In this document: piece by piece, positions 1-7,838 of the stretch
Position numbering within the stretch: the first letter of the stretch is position 1
Layout: every line of letters begins with the position of its first letter
Assembly (NCBI GenBank): GCA_002269645.1
Contig: NIVC01005258.1
Location: forward strand, 1-15,260
Length of the DNA stretch: 15,260 nucleotides
Source of the DNA: Macrostomum lignano
Taxonomy: Eukaryota
Direction: 5' to 3'
Program-made: the position numbers and the translations under genes
Notes under the pieces: generated by a model
The model's database searches: none
The model's input: only the letters and a program-made list of their open reading frames with translations
What the model was told of the DNA's origin: nothing

Positions 1-116
1 ACAGTTAGCGTTTGAAATTTACCGATTTCCCGACTTCTTGCTAGAGATGCTTGCAAGTTTATTCATTGAATTTCACTGCCCACAATACACAGGGCCGATA
101 ATAAAACCAATTGAAT
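1..116. repeat. Partial AT-rich core (core-to-core junction type)
   Basis: Aligns to ~4148-4292 (CAGTTAGCGTTTGAAATTTACCGATTTCC...ATACACAGGGCCGATAATAAAA...CCAATTGAATC). Confidence 0.85.
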
Positions 117-371
117 CTCGGTACAGTTCTATATCTGTTTACAACAGCTATGTACACTCAGCCCAAGCCCCAACCCCCCGTTCTGGGGAATCATTGAATT
201 TAACTCAACCCCTCAACTCGCGGGGGTTTTATTTGCATTGAACGCAGAACACGCGCACCCACCACCCCTAAATACACAGCGGCTCGCGGGCGGAGGTTGG
301 GGGGCTATTTTTACAAACTGCTGAGCCCTAGGCAGAGTAGCAAAAGAAGGTTATTGGGGGTCAAAAAGGCA

Positions 372-550
372 GTTTTCTGCTTTTTTGAGGATCTTAGAAA
401 TTAAAATTTCAGAATTAAAATAGCCTATAGCCGACCTCGGATAATTTCCAATCTTCCCATATAAGTTTCAACGCTGAGTTGCCACTATTCAAGGAGGAGT
501 TGTCGAAATGACAGACAGACAACAACGCGTGAACTTTAGTATATGTACGA
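372..550 (-). mobile_element. Partial unit: terminal block only (putative 5' end of non-autonomous rolling-circle element)
   Basis: Near-identical to the terminal blocks of other units; - strand reads TCGTACATATACTAAAG...GTCTGTCTGTC...AACTCCTCCTT. Element identity is inferred. Confidence 0.5.
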
Positions 551-565
551 GTGGAACTCCTCCTT
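491..565. other. 11-bp inverted repeat AAGGAGGAGTT (491-501) / AACTCCTCCTT (555-565) spanning the unit junction
   Basis: Exact reverse complements; recurs at 5100-5111/5180-5191 (12 bp), 9119-9129/9186-9196, 11422-11432/11489-11499, 13852-13863/13943-13954, and as 10 bp at 2789-2798/2859-2868 and 6335-6344/6407-6416. Confidence 0.88.
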
Positions 566-573
566 CGGAGGAG
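557..573. other. Perfect 7-bp stem hairpin CTCCTCC-TTC-GGAGGAG at unit boundary
   Basis: Also 2861-2877 (loop TCT), 6409-6425, 9188-9204, 11491-11507; one-mismatch versions at 5183-5199 and 13946-13962. Confidence 0.9.
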
Positions 574-707
574 AAAGGGGAAGAACTCCCATCACCGGAA
601 TTCCATTCCCTGAAATATCCATCAACTGAAATTCCATGTCTTGAACCCTATCTTCCAAATCGTCTCCAAATTCTTTAGAAAACCTTTCAAAGACCATAGC
701 TCAAAGA

Positions 708-1717
708 CTCTCACGTCTCTCATATCTACTCTCTCCACTCTGTGCTATTATCGTGACTCTCTTCTCTCTCCTCTCTCTCATCTCATCTCTACCCGTACTC
801 CCTTATTTATGTTTTCTCCCTCGTCTTTCGTCTGTACCCTCTCCTGTCTCTTGTCTCCTCTCTTCTCTCATATCTCTCCTCTTCACTTCTGTCTCCTGTC
901 TTCTCTCTTCTCTCTTATCTCTCCCTCTTCTCTCCTCTTTTATATGTCATCCCTATTCACTTATCTATCGTCTCTCTTAACCCTCTCTCTCTTCTCTTTT
1001 CTTTCCTCTCTGCTCTCATTTCTCATATCTCATATACGCTCTCACACTCCACTTACTTGTCTCCAATCTTTCTTTCCTCCTTTCCACTTTTCCCTGTCTC
1101 TTCTCTTCTCTCTTTTCTATCCTCTCCATTCTCTCTTTTCTCCTCCCCTTGCTCCTTTTATCTTCTCCCCTCTCTTCTCTAATCTCTTCTCTCTTCTCTC
1201 TTATGTTCTCACTCATCTCTTATCATCGCATCTCTCATCTCTCCTCTCCTCACTACTTTCCTCTCTTAACTCTCTTATCTATTTCATCTCTCTCCTCTCT
1301 CCTCTTTCTCTTCTCCTCTCGCTTCTTCTCTCGCTTCTCTCTCCTATCTCTCCTCTCATCTCTACTACCGTATTTATATCTTCTAACTGGTCCTTCGTCT
1401 CTACTCTCTCCTTTCTCCTTTCTCCCCTCTTTTCTCCTTTCTTGTCTCTCCTGTCTCCCCTCCTCTCTCATCCCTCATCCCCTCATCTCACTCTTTCTTT
1501 CTCCTCTACTCTCCCCTCTCTTCTATTTTCTCTGTACGCTCTTATCCCTAATCTATTTTCTCTCCTCTCTCCTCTTTTCTTCTCTCTCCCTCTTCGTTCC
1601 CGCCTAAATCCCCTCTTCTCTCCAATCTGTCATGTCTAATATCTCCACTTATTTCTACTCTGTTTTCTATCATCTCATCTCTCTTCTGCTTTCATTCTTC
1701 TCTTTACTCTTTTCTCT
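708..1717 (+). repeat. ~1 kb C/T-rich low-complexity tract (class A)
   Basis: Dominated by CTCT/CTCC/CTT motifs with rare G; near-identical at 6560-7559 and 9339-10346. Confidence 0.95.
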
Positions 1718-1750
1718 GACTGATTGAAGATGCCAAATCCATCAAGATCC

Positions 1751-1900
1751 TCTCCGCGAAGCAGAAATCCTGTCCGTGCAACTGAAAACCATCGAAATCC
1801 TCTCCGTGAAACTGGACTCCTTCGAAATCCTTTCCGTGAAACTGAAAACCATCGAAATTCTCTCTTTTAAACTGGACTCAATCGAAATTTTCTCCGTCAA
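1751..1900 (+). repeat. 30-bp minisatellite (consensus TCTCCGTGAAACTGAANACCATCGAAATCC)
   Basis: Exact 30-bp phase at 1771, 1801, 1831, 1861, 1891, preceded by a 20-bp variant at 1751. Confidence 0.93.
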
Positions 1901-1923
1901 AAAAATAAATATCAGGATTCATT

Positions 1924-1958
1924 GGTTAGGGTTATTGTTAGGGTTAGGGTTAGGGTTA
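1924..1958 (+). repeat. Interstitial telomeric repeat: TTAGGG-TTATTG-(TTAGGG)3
   Basis: GGTTAGGGTTATTGTTAGGGTTAGGGTTAGGGTTA; variant hexamer is in phase. Confidence 0.95.
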
Positions 1959-1997
1959 AAGCTACACACAGCTGCGTGTTCAAATAAAAAATTGAAC

Positions 1998-2467
1998 CAA
2001 TTGAATCAATTGATTGCGCAACCGATTTCTCAGTCAGTCAGTATCAGTCTCAGTTAAAGTTAAGAAAAACATTGCGCAATCTAAATCAACCCTCCAATAC
2101 ACAGCAGCAGTGAGAAGTTGAACTCTCCCCCAACTTTATCTATTACGTCTCGCAAAACTGAGTACAATTTTTGCAGAAAGTTAAAAGTATGGAAATAGTT
2201 TTTTCAATGCTGTGCTTTTTCTTTTCATATTTAAAGCAAACAATTTATATCCCTGAAATCAGCTTTGCAAGTTCTTTCCAGCAATATTAATTTTTTCTCT
2301 CAAAGTTAAAAACTCGAGCAACAGTTTGCGTTTGAAAGTTTCTGATTTAAAGCATTGAAATATAATTGTACGTTCACTGCCTGCTAAAGAGGCCCGCAAG
2401 TTTATGCATTGAATTTCAAGGTTCAACAAAACACAGGGCTGCCTATTGAAAATTAGAACACAAATCT
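1998..2467. repeat. AT-rich core repeat, single copy in E1
   Basis: TTGCGCAA pair at 2014/2072; homologous to the eight other core copies. Confidence 0.9.
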
Positions 2468-2806
2468 TTGCGCAATTGTCTATAAAGTCAGCCGGTGAGC
2501 CAGGGTCCGATTGTACACATGCAGCCATTTAGAACGCCCCATCCCCCCACTGGAGAGAAAATACACTGCCAAGGTAGCAAAATTTTATGGCGCAATCACT
2601 TGAAATTCATGCAAATTTTCAGCTCCGAGCAGAAAGAGGGGACAAAAGATTATCAAAGGTCAAGACGAGTTTTCTGCTTTTTTGAGGATCTTAGAAATTA
2701 AAATTTTAGAATTAAAATAGCCTATAGCCGACCTCGGATAATTTCCAATCTTCCCATATAAGTTTCAACGCTGAGTTGCCACTATTCAAGGAGGAGTTGT
2801 CGAAAT

Positions 2807-2826
2807 GACAGACAGACAGACAGACA
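2807..2826 (+). repeat. (GACA)5 microsatellite; variable GACA/CA tracts at the same position in every unit
   Basis: Others at 510-520, 5119-5146, ~6354-6372, 9138-9153, 11441-11456, 13871-13903, ~15111-15131. Confidence 0.93.
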
Positions 2827-3060
2827 AACAACACGTCAACTTTAGTATATACGAGTGGAACTCCTCCTCTGGAGGAGAAATGGGAAGAACTCCCATCACC
2901 GGAATTCTGAAGGGGAAAAACTCCATCACCGGAATTCTGAAGGGGAAGAACTCCTATCAGCTGAAATTCAATGAATTGAATCCCATCTTCCAAATCATCT
3001 CCAAATCCTCTACAATCTATCAACTCCCATCTCTCAACTCTTGCGGCCTGCGCTCTGATT

Positions 3061-3369
3061 TTTATTTTTACTCTCTTCTTTCTCCTCACTAATTACTTCT
3101 CTCTGCACTTTTATCTCTCTCATCTCTATCTTCCATCTCTCTTCTCCCTCCTCTCTCCCCTGCTCTCTCATCCCTCATCTCCTCATCTCACTCTTTCTTT
3201 CTCCTCTACTCTCCCCTCTCTTCTATTGCCTCTGTACGCTCTTATCCCTTATTTATTCTCTCTCCTATCATCTCCAATCTGTCATGTCTAATCTCTCCAC
3301 TCAATTATACTCTGTTTTCTATCATCTCTTCTCTCTTCTCTTCTCAGTCTTCTCTTTACTCTCTTCTCT
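3061..3369 (+). repeat. Short C/T-rich tract (class B)
   Basis: Most of it matches the 3' part of the class A tract (CTCTCATCCCTCATC...CAATCTGTCATGTCTAAT...CTCTGACTGATTGAAG). Confidence 0.9.
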
Positions 3370-3402
3370 GACTGATTGAAGATGCCAAATCCATCAAGAT
3401 CC

Positions 3403-3740
3403 TCTCCGCGAAGCAAAAATCCTGTCTGTGCAACTAAAAACCATCGAAATCCTCTCAGTGAAACTGGACTCCTTCGAAATCCTCTCCTTGAAACTTAAAT
3501 CCATCAAAATTGTTTCCATAAAACAGAAATCAATCATAAATTATCTCCGCGAAACAGAAAGCCTCTCCGTGAAGCTGAACATGATCGAAATCCTCTCCGT
3601 GAAACTGAACACCATGGAAATCCTTTCGTGAAACTGAACATCATCGAAATCCTCTCCACGAAACAGAAATCTTCTCCGTCAGAATTTAAACATTGAAATC
3701 GTCTCCGCTAAACTTGACTTAATCGAATTTTTTCCGTCAA
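3403..3740 (+). repeat. 30-bp minisatellite, long class B version with ~20-bp variants
   Basis: About a dozen CTCCGTGAAAC...GAAATC-type units. Confidence 0.92.
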
Positions 3741-3762
3741 ACAACTCAACTCGCCAGATTCA

Positions 3763-3796
3763 TTAGGGTTAGGGTTAGGGTTAGGGTTAGGGTTAG
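3763..3796 (+). repeat. Interstitial telomeric repeat (TTAGGG)5
   Basis: Five perfect units plus TTAG. Confidence 0.97.
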
Positions 3797-3842
3797 AACT
3801 ACGCACAGCTTCGTGTTAAAAGGCACTGATAAAAATATTGAA

Positions 3843-4775
3843 TTAATTGAATCAAATCATTGCGCAACCGATTTCACAGTCAGTCAGTATCAGTCTCAGT
3901 TAAAGTTAACAAAAACATTGCGCAATCTAAATCAACCCTCCAATACACAGCAGCAGTGAGAAGTTGAACCCTCCCCCAACTTTATCTATTACGTCTCGCA
4001 AAACTGAGTACAATTTTTGCAGAAAGTTAAAAGTATGGAAATAGTTTTTTAAATGCGGTGCTTTTTCTTTTCATATTTAAAGCAAACAACTTATATCCCT
4101 AAACTCAGCGTTGCAAGATCTTTCCAGCAATATAAGTCTCTCCTCTCAAAGTTTAAAACTCAAGGAGCAGTTAGCGTTTGAAATTTACCGATTTCCTGAC
4201 TGCTTGCCTGTGAGGCTCGCAATTTTGTACATTGAATTTCACTGCCAAGCTAATACACAGGGCCGATAATAAAAAAGCTAACCAATTGAATCAATTGATT
4301 GCGCAATATATTTCTGTGTTAGTCAGTATAAGTCTCAGTTAAAGTTAACACAAAGTTTGCGCAATCTAATCAACCCTCCAATACAAAGCAACTGACCCCC
4401 TTCCTATACACAGCGCCAGTTAGAAGTCGAAACCCCCAACTTTATCTCTCACCTCTCGCCAAAATGAGTACAATCTTTGCAGAAAGTTTAAAGTATGGAA
4501 ATAGTTTTTGCAATGCAGAGCTTTTAGTTTTCATATTTGAAGCAAACAATTTATATCCCTGAAATCAGCTTTGCAAGTTCTTTCCAGCAATATAAATTTT
4601 TTCTCTCAAAGTTAAAAACTCGAGCAACAGTTTGCGTTTGAAACTTTCTGATTTAAAGCATTGAAATATCGATTGTACGTTCACTGCCTGCTAAAGAGGC
4701 CCGCAAGTTTATGCATTGAATTTCAAGGTTCAACAAAATCACAGGGCTGCCTATTGAAAATTAGAACACAAATCT
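3843..4775. repeat. AT-rich core repeat, two tandem copies in E2 (second starts ~4283)
   Basis: TTGCGCAA pairs at 3860/3918 and 4299/4357. Confidence 0.9.
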
Positions 4776-5271
4776 TTGCGCAATTGTCTATACAGTCAGC
4801 CAGTGAGCCAGGGTCCGATTGTACACAGGCAGCCATTTAGAACGCCCCATCCCCCCACTGGAGAGAAAATACACTGCAGAGATAGGGAAAAGTTGTGGCG
4901 CAATCACTTGAAATTCATGCAAATTTTCAGCTCCAAGCAGAAAGAGGGGACAATTAAGATTATCAAAGGTCAAGACCGCCGTTTTCTGCTTTTTTGAGGA
5001 TCTTAGAAATTAAAATTTCAGAATTAAAATAGCCTATAGCCGACCTCGGATAATTTCCAATCTTCCCATATAAGTTTCAACGCTGAGTTGCCACTATTCA
5101 AGGAGGAGTTGTCGAAATGACACACACACACACAGACAGACAGACAAACAACGCGTGAACTTTAGTATATGTACGAGGCCAACTCCTCCTTCGGAGAAGA
5201 AAGGGGAAGAACTCCAATCAGCGGAATTCCATTCCCTGAACTCCATCAGCGGAATCCCATTTTCCAACACC

Positions 5272-5410
5272 TCTCCGCGCAACAGAAATCGTCTCCGTGA
5301 AACTGAACACTATCGAAATCCTCTCCGTGAAACTGAACACCATCGAAATATTCTCCGCGAAATAGAAATCCTCTCCGTGAAACTGGACTAAATCGAAATT
5401 TCTACGTCAA
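5272..5410 (+). repeat. 30-bp minisatellite (class C)
   Basis: CTCCGTGAAACTGAACACTATCGAAATCCT / CTCCGTGAAACTGAACACCATCGAAATATT plus ~20-bp variants. Confidence 0.9.
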
Positions 5411-5434
5411 ATAGCCCAGCTCTCAGAATTCATT

Positions 5435-5456
5435 GGTTAGGGTTAGGGTTAGGGTT
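5435..5456 (+). repeat. Interstitial telomeric repeat (TTAGGG)3
   Basis: GG(TTAGGG)3TT. Confidence 0.93.
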
Positions 5457-5495
5457 GACAGCTGCGTGTTGAAAGGCGCCGTAAAAACATTGAAC

Positions 5496-6009
5496 CAATT
5501 AAATTGCGCAACTTATTTCTCAGGCAGTCAGTATCAGCCTCAGTTAAAGTTAACAAAAAGATTGCGCAATCTAAATCAACCCTCAAATACACAGCAACCG
5601 ACCCCCCTTCCAATACGCAGTGCAGCTAGAAATTGAACTCCCCCCACCAACTATTGGGGGTCGGTCGAACCCCCATTGAACTCCAAAATGAGCACAATCT
5701 TTGCAGAAAGCTAAAAGTATGAAAATCTTTTCTTGAATGCTGTGAATTTAATTTTCATATTTAAAGCAAAAAACTTATATCCCCGAACTCATTGCAGCAA
5801 GATCTTTCCAGCAATATAAGTCTCTCCTCTCTAAGTTCAAAACTCGAGCAACAGTTAGTGTTTGAAACTTTCTGATTTTAAGCATTGAAATATCGAGTGT
5901 ACGTTCACTGCCTGCTAAAGATGCTCGCAAGTTTATGCATTAAAATGCACTGAATTTCACTGTGCAAAAAATACACAGGGCTTCCTGTTAAAAAACAGAA
6001 CACAAATAG
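5496..6009. repeat. AT-rich core repeat, class C variant
   Basis: TTGCGCAA pair at 5504/5562; G/C-rich insert at ~5640-5680. Confidence 0.88.
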
Positions 6010-6559
6010 TTGCGCAATTGTCTATAAAGTCAGTCAGTGAGCCAGGGTTCAAGTGTACACACGCAGCCACTGAGAACGCGACCATCCCCCCACTTGAGAG
6101 AAAATACACTGCCAAGATAGAAAAATTTTATGGCGCAATCACTAAAATTGATGCAAATTTTCAGCTCCAAGCAGAAAGAGGGGACAATTAAGATTATCAA
6201 AGGTCAAGACCGCCGTTTTCTGCTTTTTTGAGGATCTTAAAAATTGAAAATGAAAGATTAAAATAGCCTAAAGCCATCCTCGGAAAATTTGCAGTTTTCC
6301 CATATAAGTTTCAACGCTGACTTGCAAGTATTCTAGGAGGAGTTATCCAACAAACACACACACACACAGACAAACAACGCACCAGTTTTAGTATTAAGAC
6401 GAGTGGAACTCCTCCTTCGGAGGAGAAAGGGGAAGAACTCTCATCACCGGAATTCCATTCCCTGAAATATCCATCAACTGAAATTCCATGTCTTGAACCC
6501 TATCTTCCAAATCGTCTCCAAATTCTTTAGAAAAACTTTCAAAGACCATAGCTCAAAGA

Positions 6560-7559
6560 CCCTCACGTCTCTTATATCTACTCTCTCCACTCTGTGCTAT
6601 TATCGTGACTCTCTTCTCTCTCCTCTCTCTCATCTCATCTCTACCCGTACTCCCTTATTTATGTTTTCTCCCTCGTCTTTCGTCTGTACCCTCTCCTGTC
6701 TCTTGTCTCTCTCTTCTCTCATATCTCTCCTCTTCACTTCTGTCTCCTGTCTTCTCTCTTCTCTCTTATCTCTCCCTCTTCTCTCCTCTTTTATATGTCA
6801 TCCCTATTCACTTATCTATCGTCTCTCTTAACCCTCTCTCTCTTCTCTTTTCTTTCCTCTCTGCTCTCATTTCTCATATCTCATATACGCTCTCACACTC
6901 CACTTACTTGTCTCCAATCTTTCTTTCCTCCTTTCCACTTTTCCCTGTCTCTTCTCTTCTCTCTTTTCTATCCTCTCCATTCTCTCTTTTCTCCTCCCCT
7001 TGCTCCTTTTATCTTCTCCCCTCTCTTCTCTAATCTCTTCTCTCTTATGTTCTCACTCATCTCTTATCATCGCATCTCTCATCTCTCCTCTCCTCACTAC
7101 TTTCCTCTCTTAACTCTCTTATCTATTTCATCTCTCTCCTCTCTCCTCTTTCTCTTCTCCTCTCGCTTCTTCTCTCGCTTCTCTCTCCTATCTCTCCTCT
7201 CATCTCTACTACCGTATTTATATCTTCTAACTGGTCCTTCGTCTCTACTCTCTCCTTTCTCCTTTCTCCCCTCTTTTCTCCTTTCTTGTCTCTCCTGTCT
7301 CCCCTCCTCTCTCATCCCTCATCCCCTCATCTCACTCTTTCTTTCTTCTACTCTCCCCTCTCTTCTATTTTCTCTGTACGCTCTTATCCCTAATCTATTT
7401 TCTCTCCTCTCTCCTCTTTTCTTCTCTCTCCCTCTTCGTTCCCGCCTAAATCCCCTCTTCTCTCCAATCTGTCATGTCTAATATCTCCACTTATTTCTAC
7501 TCTGTTTTCTATCATCTCATCTCTCTTCTGCTTTCATTCTTCTCTTTACTCTTTTCTCT
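6560..7559 (+). repeat. ~1 kb C/T-rich tract (class A)
   Basis: Copy of 708-1717 with small deletions, e.g. 7 bp in TCTCTTCTCTCTTATG. Confidence 0.95.
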
Positions 7560-7592
7560 GACTGATTGAAGATGCCAAATCCATCAAGATCC

Positions 7593-7742
7593 TCTCCGCG
7601 AAGCAGAAATCCTGTCCGTGCAACTGAAAACCATCGAAATCCTCTCCGTGAAACTGGACTCCTTCGAAATCCTTTCCGTGAAACTGAAAACCATCGAAAT
7701 TCTCTCTTTTAAACTGGACTCAATCGAAATTTTCTCCGTCAA
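7593..7742 (+). repeat. 30-bp minisatellite (class A)
   Basis: Matches 1751-1900. Confidence 0.92.
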
Positions 7743-7765
7743 AAAAATAAATATCAGGATTCATT

Positions 7766-7800
7766 GGTTAGGGTTTTTGTTAGGGTTAGGGTTAGGGTTA
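7766..7800 (+). repeat. Interstitial telomeric repeat: TTAGGG-TTTTTG-(TTAGGG)3
   Basis: In-phase variant hexamer TTTTTG. Confidence 0.95.
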
Positions 7801-7838
7801 AAGCTACACACAGCTGCGTGTTCAAATAAAAATTGAAC

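Larger units (their letters stand above)
551..2854 (-). mobile_element. Unit E1 (class A, 2304 bp), putative non-autonomous Helitron/Helentron-like element
   Basis: Hairpin 557-573, C/T tract, 30-bp repeats, TTAGGG, one core, tail, terminal block with (GACA)5; - strand starts TC. Unit is seen directly; transposon assignment is inferred. Confidence 0.55.
2855..5176 (-). mobile_element. Unit E2 (class B, 2322 bp): short C/T tract, long minisatellite, two cores
   Basis: Same module order; hairpin 2861-2877; (TTAGGG)5 at 3763; cores at ~3843 and ~4283. Confidence 0.55.
5177..6402 (-). mobile_element. Unit E3 (class C, 1226 bp): no C/T tract, diverged terminal block
   Basis: Linker runs directly into the 30-bp repeats; diverged terminal block at 6215-6402; near-identical to 13940-15166. 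Confidence 0.55.

Noticed and set aside
492-510. AGGAGG 10 nt before ATG as a Shine-Dalgarno site
   Set aside because: It is the inverted-repeat arm. The downstream frame enters a microsatellite and differs between copies, and the context is eukaryotic repeat DNA.
557-573. Hairpin as a rho-independent terminator
   Set aside because: There is no U-tract on either strand (AAAGGGG or TTCCAC follows) and no upstream gene.
1253-1471. Arg/Glu/Lys-rich ORFs on - (also 1016-1216, 7097-7315, 9882-10100)
   Set aside because: They are antisense translations of the same C/T tract and are purely compositional.
641-1639. Ser/Leu/Phe-rich ORFs on + (also 6493-7481, 9272-10268, 11686-12648)
   Set aside because: Pyrimidine-rich DNA lacks stop codons, so several frames are open at once. 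Near-identical copies are broken by frameshifts at different places, and no domain is recognisable.
708-1717. C/T tract as a nanopore miscall of telomeric repeats
   Set aside because: The aperiodic sequence is reproduced almost base for base in three copies with fixed flanks, which a basecalling artefact would not do.
1776-2057. MQLKTIEILSVKL... ORFs as leucine-rich-repeat genes
   Set aside because: They come from a 30-bp minisatellite, lack an ATG start (GTG/TTG calls), run into TTAGGG (LGLGLG) and lack the LRR Asn position. Kept only as a low-interest finding.
3403-3740. 30-bp repeats as a CRISPR array
   Set aside because: Repeats are contiguous and degenerate with no unique spacers, leader or cas genes.
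3763-3796. True chromosome end or herpesvirus-type telomeric repeat array
   Set aside because: Tracts are only 3-5 units, internal and repeated once per unit, and no viral genes are present.
2259-6214. Short ORFs in core, tail and terminal modules (e.g. 2259-2528, 2495-2701, 2712-3089, 4776-4997 and equivalents in later units)
   Set aside because: Frames, starts and stops are not conserved among near-identical copies, and none resembles a Rep, helicase or transposase.
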